From positions 50,822-114,821 of the forward strand of contig JAPDKB010000002.1 of assembly GCA_029258795.1 (NCBI GenBank): DNA of 64,000 nt. Direction: 5' to 3'. Within the stretch, counting starts at the first letter, position 1; every line of letters begins with the position of its first letter. The DNA is from an archaeon (GTDB lineage: Archaea > EX4484-52 > WAPT01). Made by a program: the position numbers and the translations under genes. The notes under the pieces were generated by a model that made no database searches, was not told where the DNA came from, and saw nothing but the letters and a program-made list of their open reading frames with translations. Positions 27,973-37,182 of the stretch are shown in pieces.

Positions 27973-30828
27973 TTAAGAGACGGGTAAGGAAGGGTTGTTG
28001 GGCCAGTAATACATGGCATCTATTTGTGCATATGCCCATTCCTCCGCCATACCCATTCCAAATTCTGCCACCGCAAGCCACGCACCAGCGGTAAAGTACG
28101 CTGCCACTACGTTAACCGCAGTCATGAAAGCGCTAACACCCAATTTCAAAGCCTGTTCTTGAAGGGTGCCGCTTCCATAGTAACAGAAGTTGTCAGTGTT
28201 TGTTGGAGCTCGAACAACCGAAACCGTGATTACGGGGTGAGTGGTTTTATCAATTAGCTGTTGAGGCACAATACCGTCTAAAGCACTTGTGAAGATATTG
28301 GGTGGATTACAGCTTCTTTTGACCTTAACGTTAGTCGGGAGGATATCAACATCTTCTCCAAGCCAATGCTTAAAGGAGCTGTAATCATAGAGTTCGTTAT
28401 TGGCACGACCGGTGGGCTCAAAAATACCCCATATCGGATTATTCTCTGGTGTCTTTCCCACACAGTAAACTTCCTCTCTTATGGGTAAGGGCATACCATT
28501 CTCTACTATTATTCCTCCAGCACCAGTAACTTTAGCCACATAAACACAGGATTTAGGCCAAGAGGCACATATGTCTCTTGGAGGTGGTGTGAACGGATTC
28601 ACGAAATCGGTAAACCAACTCCAGTCCGCACCAGAATAAGGTAACAAATTACACATTTGGATTAATGCCGCGCACTCCTCATACATTTTTCGAGTTTCAT
28701 TATTATCATCTTTTGTTACTACGTGGTCGATTACATGGTCTTGATAATATTTTTGGAGGTCATCAAGCACCTCGTCATCAGAGTGTGAGTCATCGAATAG
28801 AACTAATTCAGTATGCGTTTTAATATCTTCAGGAATTTTTTCGGTGTCACAATTAAGCTTTGTTTTGACATATTCCGCACACACATGTCTATCAAATCTA
28901 GTGACAGCACATTCTTTTGTGGCGGTTTTTGAAACCAGCAAGTCCGCTTTGCAGGGAGCGGCAAAATACATTCTTAAACTTGAACCTCCCTTGTCGATCT
29001 CCACAAAATAAGGTCTGACTTCATCCACCAGCTTTATGGTTTGAGTTGCCCTCTCCGGGCTGGCGGAAGCCGTGAGAATGTCCAGCAGGAACACTTTTTG
29101 AGGGGAGTAAACATGAAGTGTGTTATAGTCAGAAGGCAACTCCTTGACTTTGAGTGCCATGTCTATTTGCTGAGTGGTATAGAGGAGTGCAGCAAGAGCA
29201 CAGGTCGAAAATCTCTTGAAAGGTCTACCACTGCCTGTCAGAGCTGTGCACTCATAAGAGTTTTTCGCAACTTGTGCCCAGTAAGAATCTTCCGGTATGA
29301 TCTGATCCGCAAGTCCGGTATCATCAAGCGCTTCCAGCATCCAGAAGGAGAAATGTGCACCTTCTCGGTAAGCCAGAAACTTCATAACCTCCGGGAAATT
29401 CTTCCCCACCCCTTTCCAAAATTCCGGACTTAATTTTCGCTGACCCATGAAGCCATATTGATCGGCTAACTTTCTTATATTATTTTTGAGCGCTTGGTAT
29501 GTAGTTTCATCATTTAGAGCATCCTTGAGTATACCCATCGCCTCTTCTTTACTTCCAGCATTTTTTATCTTCTCCAAGGTTTCTTCCGGTAAGTCCTTCG
29601 CGATTGTCGATGCTATTTTGTTATCTGTTTTTAGAACTACCACTGCCAACTTGCTATCTAACTCACCACTTTTTACCCCCTTAACTATTTCATAGATTCT
29701 TTTCCATTGATCTCCCATTTCTTTTATGCTTAGAGTGTAACCTTTAGTGTTAAGATCTCCAAAAATTTCTCGAAAAACAACACTTCCGTCCTCTCCATTT
29801 CTAATAGCATTTTGCAGCTTTTCGGCTGCTTCTTTGGCAACGTTTTCACTCACGCCTTTATTTTTTAACCACTTTTCAAAACTCTCCGCCAGGATTTCGT
29901 CTCCATCCTTTCGTAGCGTCTTGGCAAATCCTTCCAAGCCCTCAGTACAGCTTTTTAGTGCAATTCTGGATAGAACCTTCCCTTCTCCTCCAAATATTCT
30001 GCCCAAAAAGTTCAGTTTTTTAAGCGCCTTAAAAGCCTTCCCAGCTATACCGCCGCCAACGTTCAAAAATCCCGCAAGCACCATACTTCCGAAGAGGTCT
30101 GCAGCTTCTTCAGACTCGAGCCATGCCTGCTCTTCTCCCTCTGGAAAAGAATTGTAATAAATTATGACATCAGGGTCGTAATATTTTGGTTTGATTCTCT
30201 CACCGAACTCAACTTTCCCGCTTTCATGCTGTTTCAAGTCAAAATTGAACACTTTACACTTGAATTCTGGTGTGTTCAGTTGAGAATAGTATTCAGTTAT
30301 CTTCTCATCCTTGCTGGCGGGATTGCTCCATAAAGCATCTTTTGATAGCAATGTGCTGTTCGCACACACAACAACACTATTACCGAACCTGTAAGCAACG
30401 GGTTTTTCCTCAGCATAGGCAAGCTCGATTCCAAATAATCCTGTTACAATGTTCTCAACCTTTCTCTTAACTCTTTTCATATCCCTTATCATCATCGCCG
30501 TTGGGTTGTTTTTTCCAGCTTCTATTGCATTTATTGCATCATCAAATGTGTATAGAGGCTCTATCGTTACTGATCCTGCATTGTTCGTTATTTCTGAATT
30601 TTCACAGGTATAGTCGTTAATGTATCCTGCAGCCTCACTGTTTATTGCGCAAGCTAACGCTAGAGCTGAAGCCTGGCTTATGGGGTCGATTTTGAACTCG
30701 AGAAGCTTGCTTAAGAATTCATTCAGGCCTATGATGAATGCCACAAGAAGAAACAATATGAAAATGAAGAGAAGTATTCTAAAAATAGGTTCTTCTTTCA
30801 ACGTGGCTTTGGTACGGGAGAGTTTCAT
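27973..30828 (-). CDS. Large (951 aa) signal-anchored extracellular protein, hypothetical
   Basis: N-terminal TM anchor FRILLFIFILFLLVAFIIGL; long Cys-containing C-terminal region; AT-rich; abuts the tRNA-Gly 3' end. Confidence 0.55.
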   Translation of the reverse strand: MKLSRTKATLKEEPIFRILLFIFILFLLVAFIIGLNEFLSKLLEFKIDPISQASALALACAINSEAAGYINDYTCENSEITNNAGSVTIEPLYTFDDAINAIEAGKNNPTAMMIRDMKRVKRKVENIVTGLFGIELAYAEEKPVAYRFGNSVVVCANSTLLSKDALWSNPASKDEKITEYYSQLNTPEFKCKVFNFDLKQHESGKVEFGERIKPKYYDPDVIIYYNSFPEGEEQAWLESEEAADLFGSMVLAGFLNVGGGIAGKAFKALKKLNFLGRIFGGEGKVLSRIALKSCTEGLEGFAKTLRKDGDEILAESFEKWLKNKGVSENVAKEAAEKLQNAIRNGEDGSVVFREIFGDLNTKGYTLSIKEMGDQWKRIYEIVKGVKSGELDSKLAVVVLKTDNKIASTIAKDLPEETLEKIKNAGSKEEAMGILKDALNDETTYQALKNNIRKLADQYGFMGQRKLSPEFWKGVGKNFPEVMKFLAYREGAHFSFWMLEALDDTGLADQIIPEDSYWAQVAKNSYECTALTGSGRPFKRFSTCALAALLYTTQQIDMALKVKELPSDYNTLHVYSPQKVFLLDILTASASPERATQTIKLVDEVRPYFVEIDKGGSSLRMYFAAPCKADLLVSKTATKECAVTRFDRHVCAEYVKTKLNCDTEKIPEDIKTHTELVLFDDSHSDDEVLDDLQKYYQDHVIDHVVTKDDNNETRKMYEECAALIQMCNLLPYSGADWSWFTDFVNPFTPPPRDICASWPKSCVYVAKVTGAGGIIVENGMPLPIREEVYCVGKTPENNPIWGIFEPTGRANNELYDYSSFKHWLGEDVDILPTNVKVKRSCNPPNIFTSALDGIVPQQLIDKTTHPVITVSVVRAPTNTDNFCYYGSGTLQEQALKLGVSAFMTAVNVVAAYFTAGAWLAVAEFGMGMAEEWAYAQIDAMYYWPNNPSLPVS

Positions 30829-30868
30829 AGTTATGGTTTTGATATTAAGTGGTATTTATTGATTTTGG

Positions 30869-30988
30869 TGCGCCGGCCGGGATTTCCTGCTGCGGAACAG
30901 CCGGAAATGTGAGGGAGTTTCTTCCGCAGCAATCGAACCCGGGTCAGCGGCTTGGGGGGCCGCTGTCATACCACTAGACCACCGGCGC
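30869..30988 (-). tRNA. tRNA-Gly (anticodon CCC, tentative) with T-loop intron
   Basis: Reverse complement gives GCGCCGG acceptor pairing with CCGGCGC+A+CCA; anticodon arm GCGGC-CCCCCAA-GCCGC (unusual C at position 33); T-stem CCGGG...CCCGG split by ~47 nt after TTCGA. Confidence 0.6.
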
Positions 30989-31067
30989 ACAATATCCAAT
31001 CTTCTGCAAGAATGTTTTTGCCGGTTCAACCTTTAAATTTATTAATGATGCAACCCACAATTTCGTC

Positions 31068-31583
31068 ATGACTGGAATAACGATTCGCGAACCAGAAATG
31101 AATGATGCCAAGCTTCTTCTTGAGTACTTTAACGAGCTGATGGAGGAGAGAACATATCTGGTTTATGATAGAAAGATGACGTTGCGAGAGGAGAGAAAGT
31201 GGTTGAAGGAACAGCTGGAGAAGATGAAGAAGGGCAAGCTGGTTTTTGTTGTTGCCGAAGCGGACGGGAGGATCGTCGGCACAGCGCGTATAGAAAGAAA
31301 GAATGGTAGAGAGAGTCATCTTGCAGAGTTCGGGATAGCGGTATCCAAGGACTACAGGAGCAAAGGCATCGGAAAAATGCTGTGGAATGCAGGTTATGAA
31401 CGCGCTAAAAAGCTATGGGGCGGAAAAGTGAGATACCTCATTCTGTATGTTTTTGAGAACAATGATATCGCACAAAATTTTTACAGAAAACTGGGCTTCA
31501 AGGAAGTTGCCCGCGTCCCGAATGCCATAAGATGGAACGACGGAAGTTTGATAGATGATATAGTGATGATGCGAGAATTCTGA
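31068..31583 (+). CDS. GNAT-family N-acetyltransferase
   Basis: 171 aa; acetyl-CoA-binding-like motif VSKDYRSKGIGKMLW and the NNDIAQNFYRKLGF block typical of GNAT. Confidence 0.75.
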   Translation: MTGITIREPEMNDAKLLLEYFNELMEERTYLVYDRKMTLREERKWLKEQLEKMKKGKLVFVVAEADGRIVGTARIERKNGRESHLAEFGIAVSKDYRSKGIGKMLWNAGYERAKKLWGGKVRYLILYVFENNDIAQNFYRKLGFKEVARVPNAIRWNDGSLIDDIVMMREF

Positions 31584-31590
31584 TGTTTCG

Positions 31591-32613
31591 TCATTTCCTC
31601 TTCTTTCCACACCACACATGCACCAGCATTTCTTCCCTGCTAATTCCACCATGAGCACCTATAAGCTCAGCACTTTTTTGCCTCTCAAACGGGTAAACGA
31701 ACCTTGCATTATTATCCGCTATTACCACCACATTTCCATACATCCTGTAACATCTTCTGCTTATTCTTCCTTCAAACAATTCGGATAGCGCACATATCTC
31801 CACATATTTATCCTGAGGCTTAAGCGCCTTCGACACAGTATCAACAGTTGTGTCCTTGTAAAAAGCCACTCTGCTACCGCCGACAGGCACACATCCGTCT
31901 ACTTCCGGCAGTTTGATTTTATGTGTGGTTTTTATCAAACCGTGATCGGATAAAATGATCAATTCCGACCCTTCAGGCATCTTTTTCCAGAGATGTTTTA
32001 CGAATACCTTTATCATTGCTCTCTCGACCGTCATGGCATCGTTATCAAAACTCTTGTGAAGTATGCGATCCACACCATCCCAATAGATGAGTGAGAAATC
32101 CGCTTCTCTGAGTGGGAACACCTCAGACAGTTGCTTTATCCCTACGATTTCGGCGTGCTTGCATGTCATTCTCGTGAAAATGCTATCTGGATATGGCGTG
32201 TAGTAGCATGCTTTCAGTCCCATCTCGTATAACATTTGGGATAATGGCTTGAAAGGAAAGACACGTCTTTTAAGAATCTTTTCATCAACTTCTACACTTT
32301 CGGGATAAGCTACGTGCCAAGGAGGGATCTCCATTATCAACTCCTCTCCATAAACTTCAACTCTCGCATACCATTCCAGATAGCCGTGCTGATGTGGATC
32401 CTTCAGTGAATGGAACGAGTATTGAAATGTGGGTGTGGATGACGGAAAGACAGTTCTATATAAGTGCCTTTTCAGGGACCTTAAGCCAAGCTCCCTTGTA
32501 CCAAACCCATCAATAAGAAAGAGTACAGTTGGGTGTTCCTTTGCAATTTCGGGAATATCTCGAATCAAATCCATCAATTTAGGTATCTCTTCATACCGGA
32601 ATGAGCTCCTCAT
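31591..32613 (-). CDS. Alkaline-phosphatase-superfamily protein (phosphodiesterase/pyrophosphatase-like)
   Basis: 340 aa; metal-ligand-like motifs LFLIDGFGT, ILSDHG and GAHGG. Confidence 0.5.
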   Translation of the reverse strand: MRSSFRYEEIPKLMDLIRDIPEIAKEHPTVLFLIDGFGTRELGLRSLKRHLYRTVFPSSTPTFQYSFHSLKDPHQHGYLEWYARVEVYGEELIMEIPPWHVAYPESVEVDEKILKRRVFPFKPLSQMLYEMGLKACYYTPYPDSIFTRMTCKHAEIVGIKQLSEVFPLREADFSLIYWDGVDRILHKSFDNDAMTVERAMIKVFVKHLWKKMPEGSELIILSDHGLIKTTHKIKLPEVDGCVPVGGSRVAFYKDTTVDTVSKALKPQDKYVEICALSELFEGRISRRCYRMYGNVVVIADNNARFVYPFERQKSAELIGAHGGISREEMLVHVWCGKKRK

Positions 32614-32721
32614 AATTTAGTGGGGGGTAAAAAACTATTTAATATAGTGCTCTGTGGAACATTGTCTCGACATCTCAATACACGCGAACCATTTTAAAGT
32701 TTGGTTTTGCTCTTCTAAGGT

Positions 32722-33219
32722 ATGGGCGATTCAATGAAAAATGGATTCGAGGCGGCAAAAGAGGTTTACGATCTCAAGCGCGAGAAATATGGTTTACCTC
32801 CTTTTGAGGTCATCTCAATTCTTTTCGATGTTTCCAATCTCGGAAGGCCGGCACGCTTCATTCTGTACGAGATAGCTCAGTGCATGACTCAAACCGTCAA
32901 CACCATGCTTGCTCTTATCGAAAGCCTGGTTTCAGGGATGAGGTTGGGCTCATCCTACGAGTACAAGATGCTCACGCTGGAGGAGAGAGAAGCGGTGAAA
33001 AAAATGTGGTTCAAGCTCCAGAGCAAGATGTGGATGCTTCACCGCATAAGCTCGAGCTTGGATGAGGAGGAATTGTGCAAGGGTATAAAGGAAGTGTACG
33101 ACTTCTGGGTGAACGAGTTCATACCGTTCAGGGATGTGGTGTTCAGGAAGCTGGAGGAAAGATGGGACAATCAGAAGGTGAAGAAGCTCGGACAGGAGAG
33201 TTTGGAAATATATGAGTAG
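32722..33219 (+). CDS. Hypothetical protein
   Basis: 165-aa ORF with typical local codon usage; no recognisable motifs. Confidence 0.4.
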   Translation: MGDSMKNGFEAAKEVYDLKREKYGLPPFEVISILFDVSNLGRPARFILYEIAQCMTQTVNTMLALIESLVSGMRLGSSYEYKMLTLEEREAVKKMWFKLQSKMWMLHRISSSLDEEELCKGIKEVYDFWVNEFIPFRDVVFRKLEERWDNQKVKKLGQESLEIYE

Positions 33220-33224
33220 CTTTC

Positions 33225-34253
33225 TCACAGCAGCTTGATTAGGATGTAAGGCAGGCTCAAATACGTCACAGGCAGAATGAAGAACATCAGCACAACCTCA
33301 AGCCATTTTCTCGTTTTCACATTGGAAGCCAGAGCAAAGAGGTTTAGAAAAATCACGAATTTAAGGGCGTTGAGACAGAAAGCAAGCACGTCCTTCCTGT
33401 CCATCCTCTTAAATGCTTCTTCAAAATTATATTTCACATGGATGGCTTCATCTACAAACTCCAGATTGATGAGCTTTTCATAGCTGAAGCGGAAAGCCAT
33501 ATCAAGCTCCATGGAGTTGAGGAACCTTGCTTTCAGCTTGACTTTTCTCTCCATGAGCTTCTCAAGCGCCTTCCTGTTCTTCTCCACCCCCACTTTAACA
33601 GGCTTGTCCATGAATAGCAGAGCAGATTCGATGGAATAAAGCACGGCTTTTGATGATAGCTTGAGGCAGAGCTTTGGAAAGAATAAGGCTCCCATCGAGC
33701 TTAGCAGGGTCATGTAGAAGGGTACCATTATGGCTTTGAACTTCTCCCATAGCGTCGGCTTGACACCTATCACCTTCCTTATATCCCTGCCGTACAGCAC
33801 CTTACCTTCTCTTTTCATCTTCAGAAACAGCATGGACTGGGAGGCAACAAGCTTTGCTCCAAGCTTGAGGTCAGGCCTTTTTATCTCCCCGTTTTTCCAG
33901 TCAATGTCCTCTGGACTGAACACCTCGAAGGGCACGTAGAGCTTGGCTTTCTGCAGAGCTTTATCCAGCTTTCCCCTTCCTGCGGTTGAGCAAACCTTGT
34001 GGAACATCGTGCCATGCTTCTTATCAAGCTCCCAGAAGAGTTTTTCAGCATAAACGCGCACGGGCCCAACATCCTCCTTTTTCTTTACTCCAATTATGAG
34101 GTCGACATCGCTTATACCTCGCTTCCACTCACCTCTCGCAGCGCTACCAAAAAGCAATATGAAGTCGATTTTGTCTGGATATTTTTGTGTTAATTCGTCC
34201 ACAAAATCCCTGAGGAAGTTTTCAACCAGCTGCTGTTCGGAAGGGTTCTGCAT
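33225..34253 (-). CDS. Nucleotidyltransferase-domain protein with C-terminal membrane segments
   Basis: N-terminal Pol-beta-type NTase motif LFGSAARGEWKRGISDVDLII; hydrophobic C-terminus. Confidence 0.55.
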   Translation of the reverse strand: MQNPSEQQLVENFLRDFVDELTQKYPDKIDFILLFGSAARGEWKRGISDVDLIIGVKKKEDVGPVRVYAEKLFWELDKKHGTMFHKVCSTAGRGKLDKALQKAKLYVPFEVFSPEDIDWKNGEIKRPDLKLGAKLVASQSMLFLKMKREGKVLYGRDIRKVIGVKPTLWEKFKAIMVPFYMTLLSSMGALFFPKLCLKLSSKAVLYSIESALLFMDKPVKVGVEKNRKALEKLMERKVKLKARFLNSMELDMAFRFSYEKLINLEFVDEAIHVKYNFEEAFKRMDRKDVLAFCLNALKFVIFLNLFALASNVKTRKWLEVVLMFFILPVTYLSLPYILIKLL

Positions 34254-34361
34254 GAACGAAAAATTAGTATGATGTGTATTTATTAATTACTCTTATCGCG
34301 ATAAGCACTTTGATGAAGCACCCAAAAATATATTAATCCCTTTGAACCCAAATTTTAAGGT

Positions 34362-35120
34362 ATGGCGAGAACAAGGATAAGAAGGGTGAAGTTCGGGATT
34401 CCGGGACTGGATGAGGCGCTTGGTGGTGGCATACCTAAAGGAAATGCTGTGGTGCTCTCAGGTCCACCAGGATCAGGAAAGACCATTCTGGGTTTGCAGT
34501 TCTTGATCAACGGAGCAACCATGTTTAAGGAGCCGGGAGTTTACATCACTCTGGAGGAAGAAAGAAAGGATGTTGTGGATCAGGCATCCGTTTTTGGATG
34601 GGATCTGGAAGAACTGGAGAAGAACGGCATGCTTAAGATAGTGGAGCTGAGAAGGGAGGACATTCCGACCTTCCTGAACGGATATCTCGATGAGCTCAAG
34701 AAAAAAATGAATCCCGCCAGAGTTGTTGTGGACTCGATAACCTTTTACTACGCTTACGCGCTCCTCCACACCTACACCAAAGAGTACATAAAGACGCAGC
34801 AGGAGCTGCTTTTACATGATGGGGACCGGATGACACATCCAATGGTGGCAAGAACGACCATAATGGATCTCGTGAGAAAATTGAAATCGATGGGTGTGAC
34901 GTCTTTACTCACTTCCGAAATTCCGGGTAGCTCCCGCTATTACACTCGAGATAAGCTTTCAGAGTTCATAGCAGATGGTGTCATCACACTGCACTCTGTG
35001 GAAGTTGGAGAAAAGAACTTCAGAAGCATAAAGATAGTCAAGATGAGGAAGACGGGTCACGAGTTCGGGTACATTCCATTTGAAATCACATCCAAAGGCA
35101 TAGAGATCAGAAAGATGTAG
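34362..35120 (+). CDS. KaiC-like RecA-superfamily ATPase
   Basis: GIPGLDEALGGGIPKGNAVVLSGPPGSGKTILGLQFL (KaiC/RadA-type Walker A context); Walker B-like VVVDSITF. Confidence 0.7.
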   Translation: MARTRIRRVKFGIPGLDEALGGGIPKGNAVVLSGPPGSGKTILGLQFLINGATMFKEPGVYITLEEERKDVVDQASVFGWDLEELEKNGMLKIVELRREDIPTFLNGYLDELKKKMNPARVVVDSITFYYAYALLHTYTKEYIKTQQELLLHDGDRMTHPMVARTTIMDLVRKLKSMGVTSLLTSEIPGSSRYYTRDKLSEFIADGVITLHSVEVGEKNFRSIKIVKMRKTGHEFGYIPFEITSKGIEIRKM

Positions 35121-35215
35121 GATAGAAGGAATGCAATTTATGAGGTTTATATATTTTCAGAAGATTTAAAACTGTTTGCCACATATCTATATTTCTGTCT
35201 TGGATGATTTGTCGT

Positions 35216-35365
35216 GGGCCGGTGGTCTAGCCTGGAAGGACGTCGCCTTGGCATCACACAGCTTTCACGGCTGTGTGCCAGTATGGCGGAGGCCCCGGGT
35301 TCAAAATGGCTGCTTACGCCGTTTTAAGAATCGGGCAAGCTTTCATGAAAATCCCGGCCGGTCCA
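35216..35365 (+). tRNA. tRNA-Ala (anticodon GGC) with a canonical anticodon-loop intron and a second intron in the T-loop
   Basis: Acceptor GGGCCGG/CCGGTCC gives the G3:U70 alanine identity pair; D-arm GTCT-AGCCTGGAA-GGAC; anticodon stem TCGCC...GGCGG with ~30-nt insert after TTGGCA containing a 9-bp hairpin; T-stem CCGGG...CCCGG split by ~45 nt; CCA encoded. Confidence 0.75.
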
Positions 35366-35403
35366 CCACATATAAATTTTTTTCTCTCCATCTTTAACTC
35401 TCA

Positions 35404-37182
35404 ATGACAAGAAAACTACCAACGATGTATGAGATAAAATCAATAAGGAATGAGACGCCTTCTATAAAGACGTTTTCATTTCACGCTCCCGAGATAGCGA
35501 AGCTAGCAAAACCCGGGCAGTTTCTCATGGTCTGGTTGCCCGATATTGATGAAATTCCAATAAGCGTTGCCTTTGCCGATGAGAAAAGCGGCACGGTGGA
35601 GCTGGCAATTGCAAAAGTGGGGGACTGTACATCCAAAATCCATGAGTTGAAAGAGGGTGATGTTCTGGGTTTGCGCGGTCCCTATGGTAACGGCTTCGAT
35701 ATTAATTATGGGATGGAGGAAGCTTGGCTCGTTGCAGGAGGGTGTGGCGCTGCCCCACTACGCTTTCTCGCAAGCAGGCTGAAGGAAAAGGGAGCGAGTG
35801 TTACAACTTTCATAGGCGCGAGAAATAGGAGTGAGCTTCTCTACCTTGCCAAGTTTAAGGAGATAGGTGAAGTTATGGTTGCCACAGATGATGGAAGCAC
35901 CGGCTACAAGGGTTTTGTGACCGAACTGCTGGAAAACGAGCTCAAAAACTGCAAGCCAGACATGATTTTCACTTGCGGACCCGAGCCCATGATGCGAAAG
36001 GTCTGTGAGGTGGCAGAAAAGGAAGGGGTAAGGGTGCAGGCATCGATAGAAAGGATGGTGAAGTGTGCAAGAGGCGCATGCGGAGCATGCGACATTTTTG
36101 GCTTTAGGGTCTGTAAGGAAGGTCCAGTGTTCGATGGAATGTTCCTGCTCAGGACAGAATTCGGCAGGTGGAAGCGCGACAAGAGCGGGAAGAGGATAGG
36201 GATTGCGGGCAACACAGACCTTTCCTCACCACCCATTCCCGAGTTCAGACCAACCATAAATCCCAAGCTGAGTATGAAGCTCCTCAACATCCAATTCCCG
36301 AATCCATTCATGAATGCTGCTGGTTTTGGTGTGTCCGGCATGCTTCTTTACCGCTACGTCAAAAACGGAGCTGGAGCAGTCGTTACAAAATCCGTGGGGA
36401 AGGAGGAGAGAGGAGGATTTCCCAACCCTACCTTTGGCGAGCTTGAAGATGGCACTTATTTCAACGCTATGGGTCTTCCCAACCCCGGCATAGATAATTA
36501 CCAGCTTGACATTCAGGATGCGAAGAAAGCTAACGTGCCCGTTGTGGTCAGCATATTTGGACAGAGTGAGGAGGAATGTGCTTACGTGGCGTCAAAAGCC
36601 ATTGAATATGGTGCAGATATGATCGAGATTAATGTTTCATGTCCTCATACGGAAATTTCAAGCGTGGAGAACGACCCCGAACTTGTGAAAAGCATAACAA
36701 GAGCTGTGGTTGAGATTGCAGGGAAAAACGGTGTGCCTGTAACCGTAAAACTATCTCCCAACGGTGATTACGTGAGCGTTGCCAAAGCCGCTGAGGAAGG
36801 AGGGGCAAGCGCCATAACCGCCATAAACACTGCACGAATAAGACCCACAATCGAGTTTGATGGCAAGGAGCTCAAAATCCTTGGAAATCCTACCGGCTAT
36901 GGCGGGATGTCGGGCAGGAAGCATAAGGAAACCGGAAAGAAGGTTGTGTACGAGCTTTATGAGGAGATAAGCATACCCATAATCGGCGTGGGAGGTATAT
37001 TCAACGGCAGGGACGCTTTTGAATACGCGGCATGTGGAGCTTCACTCTTCCAGATAGGTAGCGCTATGGTCCACAGAGGCTTAAGCGTGTTTTCAGCCAT
37101 CCAGAAGGAGCTTGAGGAAGAGCTTGAAAAGAATGGGTTTGAGAAGCTGGAGGATGTTGTGGGAGCTTATCACAAAAGGTGA
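35404..37182 (+). CDS. pyrD: Fused dihydroorotate dehydrogenase: electron-transfer subunit (PyrK-like) plus catalytic subunit (PyrD class 1B)
   Basis: N-terminal PyrK-like FAD/NAD and Fe-S region (GQFLMVWLPDIDEIPISVA...CARGACGACDIFG), C-terminal PyrD region (FPNPFMNAAGFGVSG...NPGIDNY...IGVGGI). Confidence 0.8.
   Translation: MTRKLPTMYEIKSIRNETPSIKTFSFHAPEIAKLAKPGQFLMVWLPDIDEIPISVAFADEKSGTVELAIAKVGDCTSKIHELKEGDVLGLRGPYGNGFDINYGMEEAWLVAGGCGAAPLRFLASRLKEKGASVTTFIGARNRSELLYLAKFKEIGEVMVATDDGSTGYKGFVTELLENELKNCKPDMIFTCGPEPMMRKVCEVAEKEGVRVQASIERMVKCARGACGACDIFGFRVCKEGPVFDGMFLLRTEFGRWKRDKSGKRIGIAGNTDLSSPPIPEFRPTINPKLSMKLLNIQFPNPFMNAAGFGVSGMLLYRYVKNGAGAVVTKSVGKEERGGFPNPTFGELEDGTYFNAMGLPNPGIDNYQLDIQDAKKANVPVVVSIFGQSEEECAYVASKAIEYGADMIEINVSCPHTEISSVENDPELVKSITRAVVEIAGKNGVPVTVKLSPNGDYVSVAKAAEEGGASAITAINTARIRPTIEFDGKELKILGNPTGYGGMSGRKHKETGKKVVYELYEEISIPIIGVGGIFNGRDAFEYAACGASLFQIGSAMVHRGLSVFSAIQKELEEELEKNGFEKLEDVVGAYHKR

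Noticed and set aside
35176-35397. 73-aa plus-strand ORF
   Set aside because: Covers the tRNA-Ala gene
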